A stretch of 64,000 nucleotides of DNA from an uncultured Nitrospiraceae bacterium (GTDB lineage Bacteria; Nitrospirota; Nitrospiria; Nitrospirales; Nitrospiraceae): NCBI GenBank assembly GCA_963706325.1, contig CAVPLT010000005.1, positions 224,001 to 288,000 on the forward strand, in the 5' to 3' direction. A program made the position numbers and the translations under genes. This document shows positions 49,753 through 59,257 of this stretch, in pieces. The notes under the pieces are model-generated. The model was not told the DNA's origin and did not search any database. It saw nothing but the letters and a program-made list of their open reading frames with translations. How positions within the stretch are numbered: the first letter of the stretch is position 1; each line of letters begins with the position of its first letter.

Positions 49753-49830
49753 AGCGACTCCTTGGATAAAGCCCCATGGCCGAGCGCCGGGGTGTGAGTC
49801 TGGATGAAGCGGTTTCCCTGCTGGTTACGC

Positions 49831-49860
49831 TTGACCCTGTGCATATCTTTGCACTATTGT
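49831..49860 (+). promoter_or_regulatory. Candidate sigma70 promoter with an internal palindrome
   Basis: TTGACC-N18-TATTGT; the spacer contains GTGCA-tatctt-TGCAC. Confidence 0.4.
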
Positions 49861-49909
49861 ACCGAAAACTTGTGCTGAAACGCGAGTCACAATTGGAGGA
49901 CAGTTTCAA

Positions 49910-50086
49910 ATGCCCCTGTTAATTCGGAAGTACAAAGGCAACAGCGGTATCATGCAGGAAGAACGTATCGACGATCCCGATCGGATCGAACGCTACATGC
50001 GTCTCTTCGACGAAAAAGACGTGAAGAAGTTAGAGACGGGCGTCAAGACGGTGATCGAGAAGGATGAGTGGCTGCTCCTGCCATAG
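49910..50086 (+). CDS. 58-aa hypothetical protein (absent from the ORF track)
   Basis: GGAGG RBS; MPLLIRKYKGNSGIMQEERIDDPDRIERYMRLFDEKDVKKLETGVKTVIEKDEWLLLP*. Confidence 0.75.
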   Translation: MPLLIRKYKGNSGIMQEERIDDPDRIERYMRLFDEKDVKKLETGVKTVIEKDEWLLLP

Positions 50087-50230
50087 GCACCTCCCGGTTT
50101 CATCACACCACCCGGCGTTTAACACTGTCACTGATTTTGCTGAGAGAGTGCCCCGTGCGCATTGCCCTCTTGGCTTTTCTCATGATAGGGTGCTCTCCGG
50201 CGACAGTGATGCAGGCATCCCAGGGGGACC

Positions 50231-50434
50231 ATGGTCTATTGGCTTCATATTGCACGCGCGATCGATCGAGTCACACTTCACCGGGATCGGTGCTCGGAAG
50301 TGCCTTCCAGTGTCTCAAGCAGTGATTTCTGGGAAGGAGGCTGGTTTGACTATCCCGACAAGGAACGGGCGCTGGCGGCAATGGAACAGGCCGGCACCAC
50401 CGATGAACGCAAATGCGCGCTCTGCAAGCCTTAA
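50231..50434 (+). CDS. 67-aa hypothetical protein, possible metal binder
   Basis: GGGGGA RBS; LHRDRC ... CALCKP. Confidence 0.6.
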   Translation: MVYWLHIARAIDRVTLHRDRCSEVPSSVSSSDFWEGGWFDYPDKERALAAMEQAGTTDERKCALCKP

Positions 50435-50528
50435 TACCTGACGCGCCTTGTTGAACGCAGCGGTAAGCCAAAGTCCCTCTCGACATTTTAATTCGTTGTA
50501 CTAGTTTCGACTCCCATCTCTCTTCGCC

Positions 50529-51404
50529 ATGCCTCAACTCGCGCTACTCCTCACCACATTTGTGTGGGGCGCGACGTTTCCAGCGACGAAAGCCGCGCTC
50601 GAACAAATCTCTCCGCTCTCGTTTCTTTTTCTGCGGTTTTTCGTTGGCATGATCATCGTGCTGGCAGTGCTCCTGCTCGCTGGACGAAGACTGGCGATGG
50701 ATGCGGTGACAGTGCGGGTCAGCCTCATCGCGACCGGCTGGTTGTTTCTTGGCTATGTGTTGCAGACTGTCGGACTTCGCTTTACGACGGCTTCGAACTC
50801 GGCCTTCATCACGGTACTGTACGTCGTGTTCGTTCCCTTATATCTGCGTCGTCTTGGTCTACATACCTGGGTTTCCAATGGCATTGCGCTGTTCGGGCTC
50901 TGGTTCCTTGTCCGACCGACCGCTTCAGCCAATCTGGGAGATCTATTGACGTTAGGGAGTGCCGCAGCCTTTGCCGCCCATATGGTCTGTTTAGAGCGTT
51001 ATACGCGCATGGCTGATTCAGTGTCCCTGTTCGCGTGGCAATTGCTGTTTATGAGCCTTGCCATGTTGGGAACAATGTGGTGGGAACATCCGACCGCGTC
51101 CATGTTTGAACCGACTCGCGTCTTGGTCGTCGGTTTGGTGGTCACCGGAATTCTGGCGACAGGAGCGTTCGCCGTCCAAATATGGGCGCAGCGGCTTCTT
51201 CCCGCCCAGCAAGTGGCATTGTTGTTTGCCGCAGAACCGGCCGTCGCAGCATGGTTGGCCTGGTATTTCCTCGGCGAAACCCTTGATGCGCAGGGATGGT
51301 TTGGTAGCGCCATGATTCTGGGCGGCGTTTTGCTCGGCTCGTGGGCGACAGGCGAGGTCTCCCCGGCGCATCATGATGCGCCGGCACATTTGGAAGGAAG
51401 CTGA
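50529..51404 (+). CDS. EamA/DMT-family transporter
   Basis: VWGATF, LRF, LQTVGL.FTTASNSAFIT, GDLL, EP..A; about 10 TMs. Confidence 0.9.
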   Translation: MPQLALLLTTFVWGATFPATKAALEQISPLSFLFLRFFVGMIIVLAVLLLAGRRLAMDAVTVRVSLIATGWLFLGYVLQTVGLRFTTASNSAFITVLYVVFVPLYLRRLGLHTWVSNGIALFGLWFLVRPTASANLGDLLTLGSAAAFAAHMVCLERYTRMADSVSLFAWQLLFMSLAMLGTMWWEHPTASMFEPTRVLVVGLVVTGILATGAFAVQIWAQRLLPAQQVALLFAAEPAVAAWLAWYFLGETLDAQGWFGSAMILGGVLLGSWATGEVSPAHHDAPAHLEGS

Positions 51405-51405
51405 A

Positions 51406-51876
51406 ATGGCTCAGAAGTTCGGGAACAGCCGATGGGTACAAGAGGGATTTCTCGATAACCGGCAGGACGGCACGGTCGTTGGGCGCGTCACGTTCGCGGT
51501 GTTGGGCCCGGTCGATTTTTACCTCGTCGGCAATGCTCGGGGAGAGGTGTCAGGCAAGGTGATTCGATTTAGGAATAGCCGATTCGCCGACGAGGATCTC
51601 GCCGGTCAGGTATTGGGCGATGTGGAAGTGCCCCAAATCGGCGAGGTGAGCTTAATTTCCTTCGACCCGCATCCGCACCTGGTTCCACACCCTTACTTCG
51701 AATGGTTTTCGAAACGGAAGAATCACTACCGCATCGAGCTGCTGCCGGAAGATGCGTGGATTGCGACTGAACAGGAAGTCGAAGAGATTGATTCCCTCAG
51801 TCGACAAATTCGGGAGCGGCTGGTCTCCGAGTCGGGGAGTACCACCCAATCGGCCGATGAGTCGGAATGGATATAG
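51406..51876 (+). CDS. Hypothetical protein
   Basis: Good ORF directly after the DMT stop; GFLDNR..G.V.G, PYFEWFS...R. Confidence 0.75.
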   Translation: MAQKFGNSRWVQEGFLDNRQDGTVVGRVTFAVLGPVDFYLVGNARGEVSGKVIRFRNSRFADEDLAGQVLGDVEVPQIGEVSLISFDPHPHLVPHPYFEWFSKRKNHYRIELLPEDAWIATEQEVEEIDSLSRQIRERLVSESGSTTQSADESEWI

Positions 51877-51887
51877 AGGGGTGGAGA

Positions 51888-51908
51888 GGCGGGCGCGGGG
51901 CGCCCGCC
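51888..51908. terminator. Hairpin between convergent genes
   Basis: GGCGGGCGC-ggg-GCGCCCGCC. Confidence 0.55.
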
Positions 51909-51918
51909 AGTTTCTGGA

Positions 51919-52923
51919 CTAAGCGAGCTTATTCTTGCCTTCCCGCACGTGCGCGGGTACTTCTCGAATATCCCAAATGAGTCCCACCGCTTGGAGGCCT
52001 CTCAGCAGGTAGTAGGTAATGTCGATTTCCCACCAGTAAAAGCCTTGGCGAGTCGAAGCCGCGTAGTAGTGGTGGTTGTTGTGCCAACCTTCGCCGAGTG
52101 TGATCAGGGCGAGGAAGAAGTTGTTCTTGCTGTCGTCTCCGGTTTTGTAGCGCTGGGACCCATACACGTGCGAGAGCGAGTTGATCGTGCAGGTGCCGTG
52201 AAGCAACGCCACGGTAGAAACAAAGAATCCCCAAATCAACATCTGAGGTCCATTGGTGCCTAGGCTGGGAGCATAGGTCTCAAGTAACTTGCCCAGGCCG
52301 AACATCCCGAACCCACATATCGTCGGGATGAGAGTGTCGAATCGATCGAGAAATCGCAGCTCCGGAAACTTGGCAAAATCGCCGATGCTCTTCAGGCGCG
52401 GTGGAAAGAATTTCTTGGACGAGATCCAACCGATATGAGCCCAGAGAAACCCACCTTGTCGAACTGAGTGAGTGTCTTCCGGCTTGTCCGAATAAACATG
52501 GTGGTGGCGATGGTGCCCTCCCCACCAGAGTGGACCGCGTTGCGCACAGGAAGATCCAAGCAAGGCAAAGGCAAATTGACAGGCTCGCGAGGTCTTGAAG
52601 GTGCGGTGCGAAAAATATCGGTGGTACCATCCGGTGATCGCGAACATGCGCACGAAATAGAAGGCGGCGGCTACGCCCACGGCTATCCAGCTCCATCCGA
52701 CGATAAACACCCCCAAGCAGAGCAGGTGAACAATGATGAGCGGGATGGCCCGTAACCAGTCTACTGAAGCAGGAGCATCATCGGTGCGCGTGAGGTCAAC
52801 GCCGGCCCAAGAATCGAACCACCGTATGACGGTGAGCCAGGGGGCGTCACTCTTGGGTCTTTCGGCGCTTTTTGACAGCTCACCACGTTCGGGTAAGGCG
52901 AGCGGCTGCAGATCACTACTCAT
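51919..52923 (-). CDS. Delta-9-type acyl-CoA/fatty acid desaturase
   Basis: His boxes HRYFSH, HHRHHH, HNNHH; INSLSH; GGAGG RBS. Confidence 0.92.
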   Translation of the reverse strand: MSSDLQPLALPERGELSKSAERPKSDAPWLTVIRWFDSWAGVDLTRTDDAPASVDWLRAIPLIIVHLLCLGVFIVGWSWIAVGVAAAFYFVRMFAITGWYHRYFSHRTFKTSRACQFAFALLGSSCAQRGPLWWGGHHRHHHVYSDKPEDTHSVRQGGFLWAHIGWISSKKFFPPRLKSIGDFAKFPELRFLDRFDTLIPTICGFGMFGLGKLLETYAPSLGTNGPQMLIWGFFVSTVALLHGTCTINSLSHVYGSQRYKTGDDSKNNFFLALITLGEGWHNNHHYYAASTRQGFYWWEIDITYYLLRGLQAVGLIWDIREVPAHVREGKNKLA

Positions 52924-53304
52924 GCCACCTCCACATTATTTATGCGAGTTCTTAAGGATGCATTACCGAGGGGTCGCGCCGTGGTTCCACTGACGTCACT
53001 AGTCATCGCGGCGCTTGTGAGTCATGCGATGGGGCAGGCCGCTGGATGCTTTGGATTGTGTCGCTCACTTGAGCGAGGTCACGTAGGCTCGGTTACACGT
53101 GAGATAATTATACACAGATTCAGTGAGAAATGTCGTGAGTTTTTTTGCGACCTGCAGGGTTTTCCCACTTGACGCGATCCAGGCGGTGACGGCGCCTCTT
53201 GGTGGAGGCCTTTGTGGGTCGCGTATGTCGACCTGTGGCGGTGGTCCTCACGGCGCATAACTGTTTGACTCTGTTCAGACTGCGCCTCTAAAATGCGCTC
53301 CACT

Positions 53305-54330
53305 ATGAATGATCGATTTCTTAAAGCATGCCGGCGCGAACCGGTTGATTGTACTCCTGTCTGGTTCATGCGCCAAGCCGGCCGCTACATGGTCGAATAT
53401 CGTCGATTGCGAGAAAAGCATTCAATCCTGGACCTGTGCAAGACACCAGAATTGGCGGCACAGGTCACGCTGCAGCCGATAGACCGCTTTGCGCTCGACG
53501 CGGCCATCATTTTTGCAGATATCCTGCTTCCCCTTGAACCGATGGGACTTTCCCTGGAGTTTGCGGAGGGTGAGGGCCCTATCATTCACAATCCCGTACG
53601 AGATCGAGCCGCGGTGGAACGGCTCAAGGCGATCGACGATACCGAACTCCAGTATGTGATGGATGCGATCAGTCTTACTCGGACGAGGTTGGCCGGGCGG
53701 GTGCCATTGATAGGATTTGCCGGGGCGCCGTTTACGTTGGCCAGTTATGCCATTGAAGGGGGCAGCTCCCGGAACTATATCCACACGAAACAGATGATGT
53801 ATAGCGAACCATTGGCCTGGCATCGGTTGATGGACAAGTTTGCCCGCGTGATTACCGGGTATCTCCGTCGACAAATTAAGGCCGGCGCCCAGGCAGTGCA
53901 GCTGTTCGATAGTTGGGTCGGATGTCTGTCCGCCGGGGACTACGTCGAATATGTGATGCCGCATGTTCAGCTGATTTTTGAAGGATTGAAGCACGAGGGG
54001 GTGCCACTCATTCATTTCGGCACTGGCACCGCGGCGATTCTGAAGTCAATGCGGCAGGCGGGCGGCGATGTGATCGGGATTGATTGGCGAATCCCTCTCG
54101 ATGAAGCCTGGGCATTGGTAGGTCACGATCGCGCAGTGCAAGGAAACCTCGATCCGGTCGTGTTGTTCGGTCCCATTCCTGAAATCGAACGGCGAGTGGA
54201 AGATATTCTCCGGCGAACCGAAGGCCGGCCGGGACACATCTTTAACCTGGGGCACGGGATTCTTCCCAATACGCCTGTCGAGCATGTCGCTACGACCATC
54301 GATCTGGTACATAAGCTGAGCGCGCGCTAG
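53305..54330 (+). CDS. hemE: Uroporphyrinogen decarboxylase
   Basis: PVWFMRQAGRY, AAIIFADIL, GFAGAPFTLASY, QGNLDP, FNLGHG. Confidence 0.97.
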   Translation: MNDRFLKACRREPVDCTPVWFMRQAGRYMVEYRRLREKHSILDLCKTPELAAQVTLQPIDRFALDAAIIFADILLPLEPMGLSLEFAEGEGPIIHNPVRDRAAVERLKAIDDTELQYVMDAISLTRTRLAGRVPLIGFAGAPFTLASYAIEGGSSRNYIHTKQMMYSEPLAWHRLMDKFARVITGYLRRQIKAGAQAVQLFDSWVGCLSAGDYVEYVMPHVQLIFEGLKHEGVPLIHFGTGTAAILKSMRQAGGDVIGIDWRIPLDEAWALVGHDRAVQGNLDPVVLFGPIPEIERRVEDILRRTEGRPGHIFNLGHGILPNTPVEHVATTIDLVHKLSAR

Positions 54331-54340
54331 AAGTCGCGAT

Positions 54341-54380
54341 GCTCAACATCCGCCGTTCAATTGAACAGCGAACGTTGAGC
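54341..54380. repeat. 40-bp imperfect palindrome between hemE and hemH
   Basis: GCTCAAC..CGC.GTTCAATTGAAC.GCG..GTTGAGC. Confidence 0.55.
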
Positions 54381-54418
54381 GACGAGATACGTTTCATGTT
54401 GAGGAGTAGCGAGGAACG

Positions 54419-55363
54419 GTGTCTGAAACGCAACGACCGGTTGCCGTGCTGCTGATGGCGATGGGGGGACCCGACCGTCTGGAGAATGTCGAAGCGTACC
54501 TCATGGATGTGCGGAGCGGTCGCGCGACATCGCCGGAGCTCGTCGAGGAAATTCGCACTCGGTATCGTGTCACCGGGGGGAAGTCTCCCGTGCTCGAAAT
54601 CACCCGTGAGGTGGCAACAGCATTGGAACAGCGACTGAATCGGCCTGCCGGAGAGCGATACCGGTGCTATGTCGGATTGCGGCATTGGCATCCGTTTATC
54701 AAGGAAACCTACGTCAAGTTGCTCGAAGATTTCCCGGAACGGGTCATTGGTCTCTGCATGGCGCCGCAGTATTCTTCGCTCAGCATTGGGGCCTATATGA
54801 AGAAGGTCGAAGAGGCGCGGAACGAACTGGCCAGCGAGACACCAATCAGTTTTGTCACGAGTTGGCATCGTCACCCGTTGCTGATAGCGAGTATTGCCGA
54901 CAACGTTCATCAGACCTTGCAGAAATTTCCGTCTGAGATTCGCTCGCGCGTGCCGATCTTGTTTACGGCTCACAGTCTGCCGGTGAGAGTGGTTGCTTTG
55001 AAGGATCCCTACCCTGAAGAAATCCGAGGAACGGTCCAGGCAGTCTGCGAACAGCTTGGCAGCCAGCCGACGCGATTCGCCTATCAAAGCCAAGGACGAT
55101 CCGGCGAGAAGTGGCTCGGCCCGTCCGTCGAACAGACGCTGATTGAATTGGCAGAGGAAGGCCATCGGCACGTGCTGGTGGCGCCGATCGGCTTCATTTG
55201 CGATCATGTGGAAACCTTGTACGATATCGATATCGAGTTGACGCAGCTTGCCCGTACGAAGGGCATGCAGTTGGAACGGATACCCATGTTGAACGCCTCG
55301 GCTCCCCTGATCGATATTGTGACATCGGTGATAGAGGCGCACGAATCCTCGCTCGTTCACTAG
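54419..55363 (+). CDS. hemH: Ferrochelatase
   Basis: LLMAMGGP, GGKSP, APQYS, FTAHSLP, YQSQG, WLGP, GFICDHVETLYDID. Confidence 0.95.
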   Translation: MSETQRPVAVLLMAMGGPDRLENVEAYLMDVRSGRATSPELVEEIRTRYRVTGGKSPVLEITREVATALEQRLNRPAGERYRCYVGLRHWHPFIKETYVKLLEDFPERVIGLCMAPQYSSLSIGAYMKKVEEARNELASETPISFVTSWHRHPLLIASIADNVHQTLQKFPSEIRSRVPILFTAHSLPVRVVALKDPYPEEIRGTVQAVCEQLGSQPTRFAYQSQGRSGEKWLGPSVEQTLIELAEEGHRHVLVAPIGFICDHVETLYDIDIELTQLARTKGMQLERIPMLNASAPLIDIVTSVIEAHESSLVH

Positions 55364-55374
55364 CGGCACAACCC

Positions 55375-56829
55375 GTGGCGCGCACACCCAAGTCAGTCGT
55401 CATCGTCGGGGGAGGCATCTCGGGCCTCTCCACGGCCTTGGCCCTTTTGGAGCAGGCGGCTCACGCTGATGTGCCGGTCACCTGTACCGTCCTCGACGCC
55501 GCGCCGACCTGGGGCGGAAAAATCGTGACACATCGAGTCGGTCAGCTCGTCATGGAGGCTGGGCCGGATTCATTTTTGTCGCAAAAACCCTGGGCGATGG
55601 ATTTATGCCAACGCCTGGGAATGACCGATCAGCTCATTAACACGAATCCCCTCGAAAAGAAGGCGAGTGTATTGTGGGGCGGTCAGTTGCATGAGTTACC
55701 CGAAGGCCTGCTCACCTTTACACCGACTCAGTTAGGGCCGTTTTTTCGTAGCGGGTTATTGTCGTGGATGGACCTTGCGCGTATGGGGTGCGACGTCTTG
55801 ATTCCGCCGCGCCGTTCCACGGATGATGAATCGCTCGGGGCATTTTTCCGGCGGCGATTCGGACGACATGCCTGCGAACGGGTCATGGAACCGTTAATGG
55901 CCGGGATTTATGCTGGTGATGCGGAGCAGATGAGCCTGCGCGCGACATTCCCTCGATTTTACGATTTGGAACGGCAGCATGGGAGTGTGATTCGAGGCAT
56001 GATGGCGGCCCGACGAGCTAGGGCACGGGAGGGATCCAGTAGGCGTTCCGCGCACACGATGTTCGTGACTCTGCGAAATGGCCTGGGGGATTTGGTGACA
56101 GTTCTTGCGGGTCACATTCAAAAAGCAGGGGGGATTCTGAAAGCTGGCGTTCAGGCCGAAGCGGTGCGGGTACGATCCCACCAAGCTGGTCGTTGGATGT
56201 ATGATGTCATCTGCTCCGATGGCATCGCTTTGTCGGCGGAAGCTCTGGTGCTGGCCACTCCGGCGTATGTGAGCGCTGAATTGGTTCGGCCATTGTCTCC
56301 TTTGGCCGGCGGATTGCTGGACAGGATTCCCTATGCCTCGACCGCGACCATTTCGCTCATTTATCCGGCGGACGCGGTGAGCAACCGACTGCAGGGATTC
56401 GGTTTTGTGGTTCCGCGGATAGAGGGGCGTGATTTGATCGCCGCAACCTGGACGTCCCGTAAATGGCCTCATCGTGCGCCTCCGCAGGAGGCGTCGGTGC
56501 GTTGCTACCTCGGAGGCGTGGGTCGGGAGGCGATTTTGGAACGCGACGATGAGGCGTTGACGCATTGTGTGCGAGCGGAACTGGCCGCAACCGTTGGCCT
56601 GCAGGCGACGCCGCATTATGTGGAGGTGAATCGTTGGCATCGGGCGATGCCCCAATATACGATCGGACATCTCGATCGGCTCGCGCAGTTGGAAGCAGCG
56701 CTGTCACGATTCGGCGGCCTGGGCATTACGGGAGCGGGCTATCGCGGGGTGGGTATTCCCGACTGCATCCGGGACGGCGCGCAGATGGCGGGGCAGACAC
56801 TTCGTTATTTGCACACTTCGAAGGCATGA
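55375..56829 (+). CDS. hemY: Proto-/coproporphyrinogen oxidase (HemY type)
   Basis: VGGGISGL, GGKI, EAGPDSF, GIYAGD, GFGFVVP, AMPQY..GH, GVGIPDCI; start GTG 55375. Confidence 0.93.
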   Translation: MARTPKSVVIVGGGISGLSTALALLEQAAHADVPVTCTVLDAAPTWGGKIVTHRVGQLVMEAGPDSFLSQKPWAMDLCQRLGMTDQLINTNPLEKKASVLWGGQLHELPEGLLTFTPTQLGPFFRSGLLSWMDLARMGCDVLIPPRRSTDDESLGAFFRRRFGRHACERVMEPLMAGIYAGDAEQMSLRATFPRFYDLERQHGSVIRGMMAARRARAREGSSRRSAHTMFVTLRNGLGDLVTVLAGHIQKAGGILKAGVQAEAVRVRSHQAGRWMYDVICSDGIALSAEALVLATPAYVSAELVRPLSPLAGGLLDRIPYASTATISLIYPADAVSNRLQGFGFVVPRIEGRDLIAATWTSRKWPHRAPPQEASVRCYLGGVGREAILERDDEALTHCVRAELAATVGLQATPHYVEVNRWHRAMPQYTIGHLDRLAQLEAALSRFGGLGITGAGYRGVGIPDCIRDGAQMAGQTLRYLHTSKA

Positions 56830-56872
56830 TGTCCGGCATCGGCACTAAATCAGGAAGAGAAGGAATGCAGCA

Positions 56873-57304
56873 ATGTTGAATGACCAATTAGTGATTTCCG
56901 ACGTCACCGGCCCCTTTCGCGAACCGCGCGAGCCGGTTTTTTCCTATGACTATTCGATTCAACGGGCCACCTGGGCAGCGACCCATGCCGTACGAGTGAA
57001 AATAGCCTTGGCGGAAGAATTGGAATATGTGAAAGAGACGTTGCTGGGGCCCGTCGCCGGGAGCCCCGGTCAACAGCTGATTCTGAACAAATTTGTTTCT
57101 CGGAAGATCGGTGACCAGAAGCTTCGGATTGCCGAGGCGGAAGGGATGCTGAAGGATCGCGGTGATTTTTTGGTACCGCCATTCACCGATTCATGGTCCC
57201 AGTACTTTCCGCAACTTGAGTCCTGGCTCCAGGCGGAACAAGATGCATTGCGCACCGAGATCAAGAAACTCACCGGCCTCTCGGCTCAACTCTCCGGTTC
57301 CTGA
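56873..57304 (+). CDS. Hypothetical protein
   Basis: 143-aa ORF with AAGGA RBS downstream of hemY. Confidence 0.75.
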   Translation: MLNDQLVISDVTGPFREPREPVFSYDYSIQRATWAATHAVRVKIALAEELEYVKETLLGPVAGSPGQQLILNKFVSRKIGDQKLRIAEAEGMLKDRGDFLVPPFTDSWSQYFPQLESWLQAEQDALRTEIKKLTGLSAQLSGS

Positions 57305-57626
57305 TCTGTTCTCCTCGCTCGGACCTTTTGCAACGCACATTCTCGAGGGAGTCGCGTCCGGTCGACCTAGATTATAGCGGTCGATGAGATGTCGCTTCTT
57401 CGCGCACAGAATCTGGGGATAAGCGTGTGAATATCTGCGTTTCCCTTGTCAGAGGCCCCCACCAGAGCGCTATTTAGCGACATGCCCAAGTTTTAGGCAT
57501 TGGAGTGTCTCCGCATGGACCCACTAGATGCTGTGGTAATAAAAGTACTTGGTGACATTTTTTATGCGGACCCAAGAAAAACCGGATAGCGGAAGCAGTC
57601 TAGCCGAGGCGCTTTGAGAGAACGGC

Positions 57627-58241
57627 TTAAAAAATGCGGCGGTATTGTTTGCTGTGGACCCCGGAATCGTCGGCAAATCCAATCGAGCCGGTATCGGGGT
57701 TACTGGTGTCGTTGAGGTCGATGCGGTAATGTCCTCGCACCTGTTCCATTGCCTCTTCGAACGGGATCGTCTGAGGATAGAGGTTGCCCGGAGCATGGGC
57801 TCCTCGAGCCAACGTGCCGACGACCTCCGGCGTCGCATATTTCGGATCGGAGAAGATATACAGGTCGGCGACGGCCTGATCCCCGAGTTTGTGTCCGGGG
57901 CTGGTAGCCGGGAGCATCGTCCCCAGGCTGCGATTGAGCCTGGCTTGCTTGAATTGTTTCAGGAGACCCACGACCTGGCTGGCTGTCACCTGAGCCGGCA
58001 CCACGATGCTCATGGCATTAAACTCCGTTAAGGTCGAGTGGACCTTGTACATGACCGGAGCGGCATCCGGGTCCTCTGTAATAACCTGTGAAATCTCCGG
58101 GCCTGCAGCTTGTTTTTGTTTGCCGCTCGGAACCGCGAGATTGATCAACAGCCACATCACCAGAATCACGCCGAACAGCACGAGGAGCGGATGAAGTCCC
58201 GCCCGTTTGCCTTCTTCGTAGGGATTGTGTTCGTCCTTCAT
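57627..58241 (-). CDS. Hypothetical single-TM protein
   Basis: N-terminal TM; ATGA overlap with mazG. Confidence 0.75.
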   Translation of the reverse strand: MKDEHNPYEEGKRAGLHPLLVLFGVILVMWLLINLAVPSGKQKQAAGPEISQVITEDPDAAPVMYKVHSTLTEFNAMSIVVPAQVTASQVVGLLKQFKQARLNRSLGTMLPATSPGHKLGDQAVADLYIFSDPKYATPEVVGTLARGAHAPGNLYPQTIPFEEAMEQVRGHYRIDLNDTSNPDTGSIGFADDSGVHSKQYRRIF

Positions 58242-59122
58242 GGGCGGGTCCCTGTCCCTCCAAACGATGGAGGAAGGGGTGGGGTCGTTTCGGCCGGCTG
58301 AGTTGACGCCAGTCGTTTCGCCTCTTCCCAGTAGTGATCCATTTCCGTCAGGCTGAGATCATTGACCGCTCGTCCACTGCGCGAGGCCTGTTGTTCGATG
58401 AAATGGAAGCGGGATGTGAAACGGTTGGTCGTTTGCCGAAGCGACTCTTCCGGATTCACCTTGAGGCGTCGAGCAAGGTTGACTAATGAGAAGAACAGAT
58501 CGCCCAGTTCTGCAGCCATCTCCTCCGTGGGTTGCGGCGTCGCGCCGGCGTCGCTGATGGCCTCGCGTAGTTCTGCGATTTCTTCATCCAGTTTGGCGAA
58601 TACGTCGGTCAAGCCCTGTGGTCCCTCGGGCCAATCGAATCCAGCGCGCGCGGCTCGCACCTGAGTTTGATAGGCGCGTAGCAAGGCTGGAAGTGCCTGA
58701 GGAATGTCCTGGAGAAGGGATTCCGGCTTTCCCGCGTTCTTGCGCTCGGCACGTTTGATGTCTTCCCAACGATGGATCACCTGGTCGGAATTGAGGGTCG
58801 GCTCCCCGGTGGCGGTAGCCTCGAAGACATGTGGATGGCGACGTACCAACTTGTCGCCCAATTGTTGCACAACTTCGTCGATGGTAAAGGTGCCCTGTTC
58901 ACTCCCGATTTGACTATGAAATAACACTTGCAGGAGCACGTCCCCCAGTTCTTCCTTCAATTTGACAAAGTCGCCCCGATCGATGGTGTCCAACGCTTCG
59001 TAGGTTTCCTCGATCAAGTACGGCTTGAGGGATTCGTGTGTCTGCTTTTGATCCCATGGGCAACCCCCCGGCGCCCGCAGCTGCGCCATGATGGCGACGA
59101 CTCTATCAAACTGGTCGGACAT
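58238..59122 (-). CDS. mazG: Nucleoside triphosphate pyrophosphohydrolase
   Basis: LRAPGGCPWD.KQT, EETYE, EELGDVLLQV, RRHPHVF, GFDW, ELGDLFF. Confidence 0.95.
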   Translation of the reverse strand: MSDQFDRVVAIMAQLRAPGGCPWDQKQTHESLKPYLIEETYEALDTIDRGDFVKLKEELGDVLLQVLFHSQIGSEQGTFTIDEVVQQLGDKLVRRHPHVFEATATGEPTLNSDQVIHRWEDIKRAERKNAGKPESLLQDIPQALPALLRAYQTQVRAARAGFDWPEGPQGLTDVFAKLDEEIAELREAISDAGATPQPTEEMAAELGDLFFSLVNLARRLKVNPEESLRQTTNRFTSRFHFIEQQASRSGRAVNDLSLTEMDHYWEEAKRLASTQPAETTPPLPPSFGGTGTRP

Positions 59123-59257
59123 TGCGTCACTCTCTTTCTGCCGTCACTCTAGCTGAGTTCATTCGCACCTTCAACGGGCCGGCCTGTCTTGCGCCCCTCC
59201 AAGGCCTATGGTAGGGTACGCCCCTGCAATTTCAGTCGGCTGATCGGAGGCATCATC

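Noticed and set aside
53108..53116. Perfect DnaA box TTATACACA near hemE, suggesting an alphaproteobacterial-style oriC
   Set aside because: Single box; it overlaps a TATAAT on the minus strand that is better explained as the desaturase promoter; no box cluster or AT-rich unwinding element
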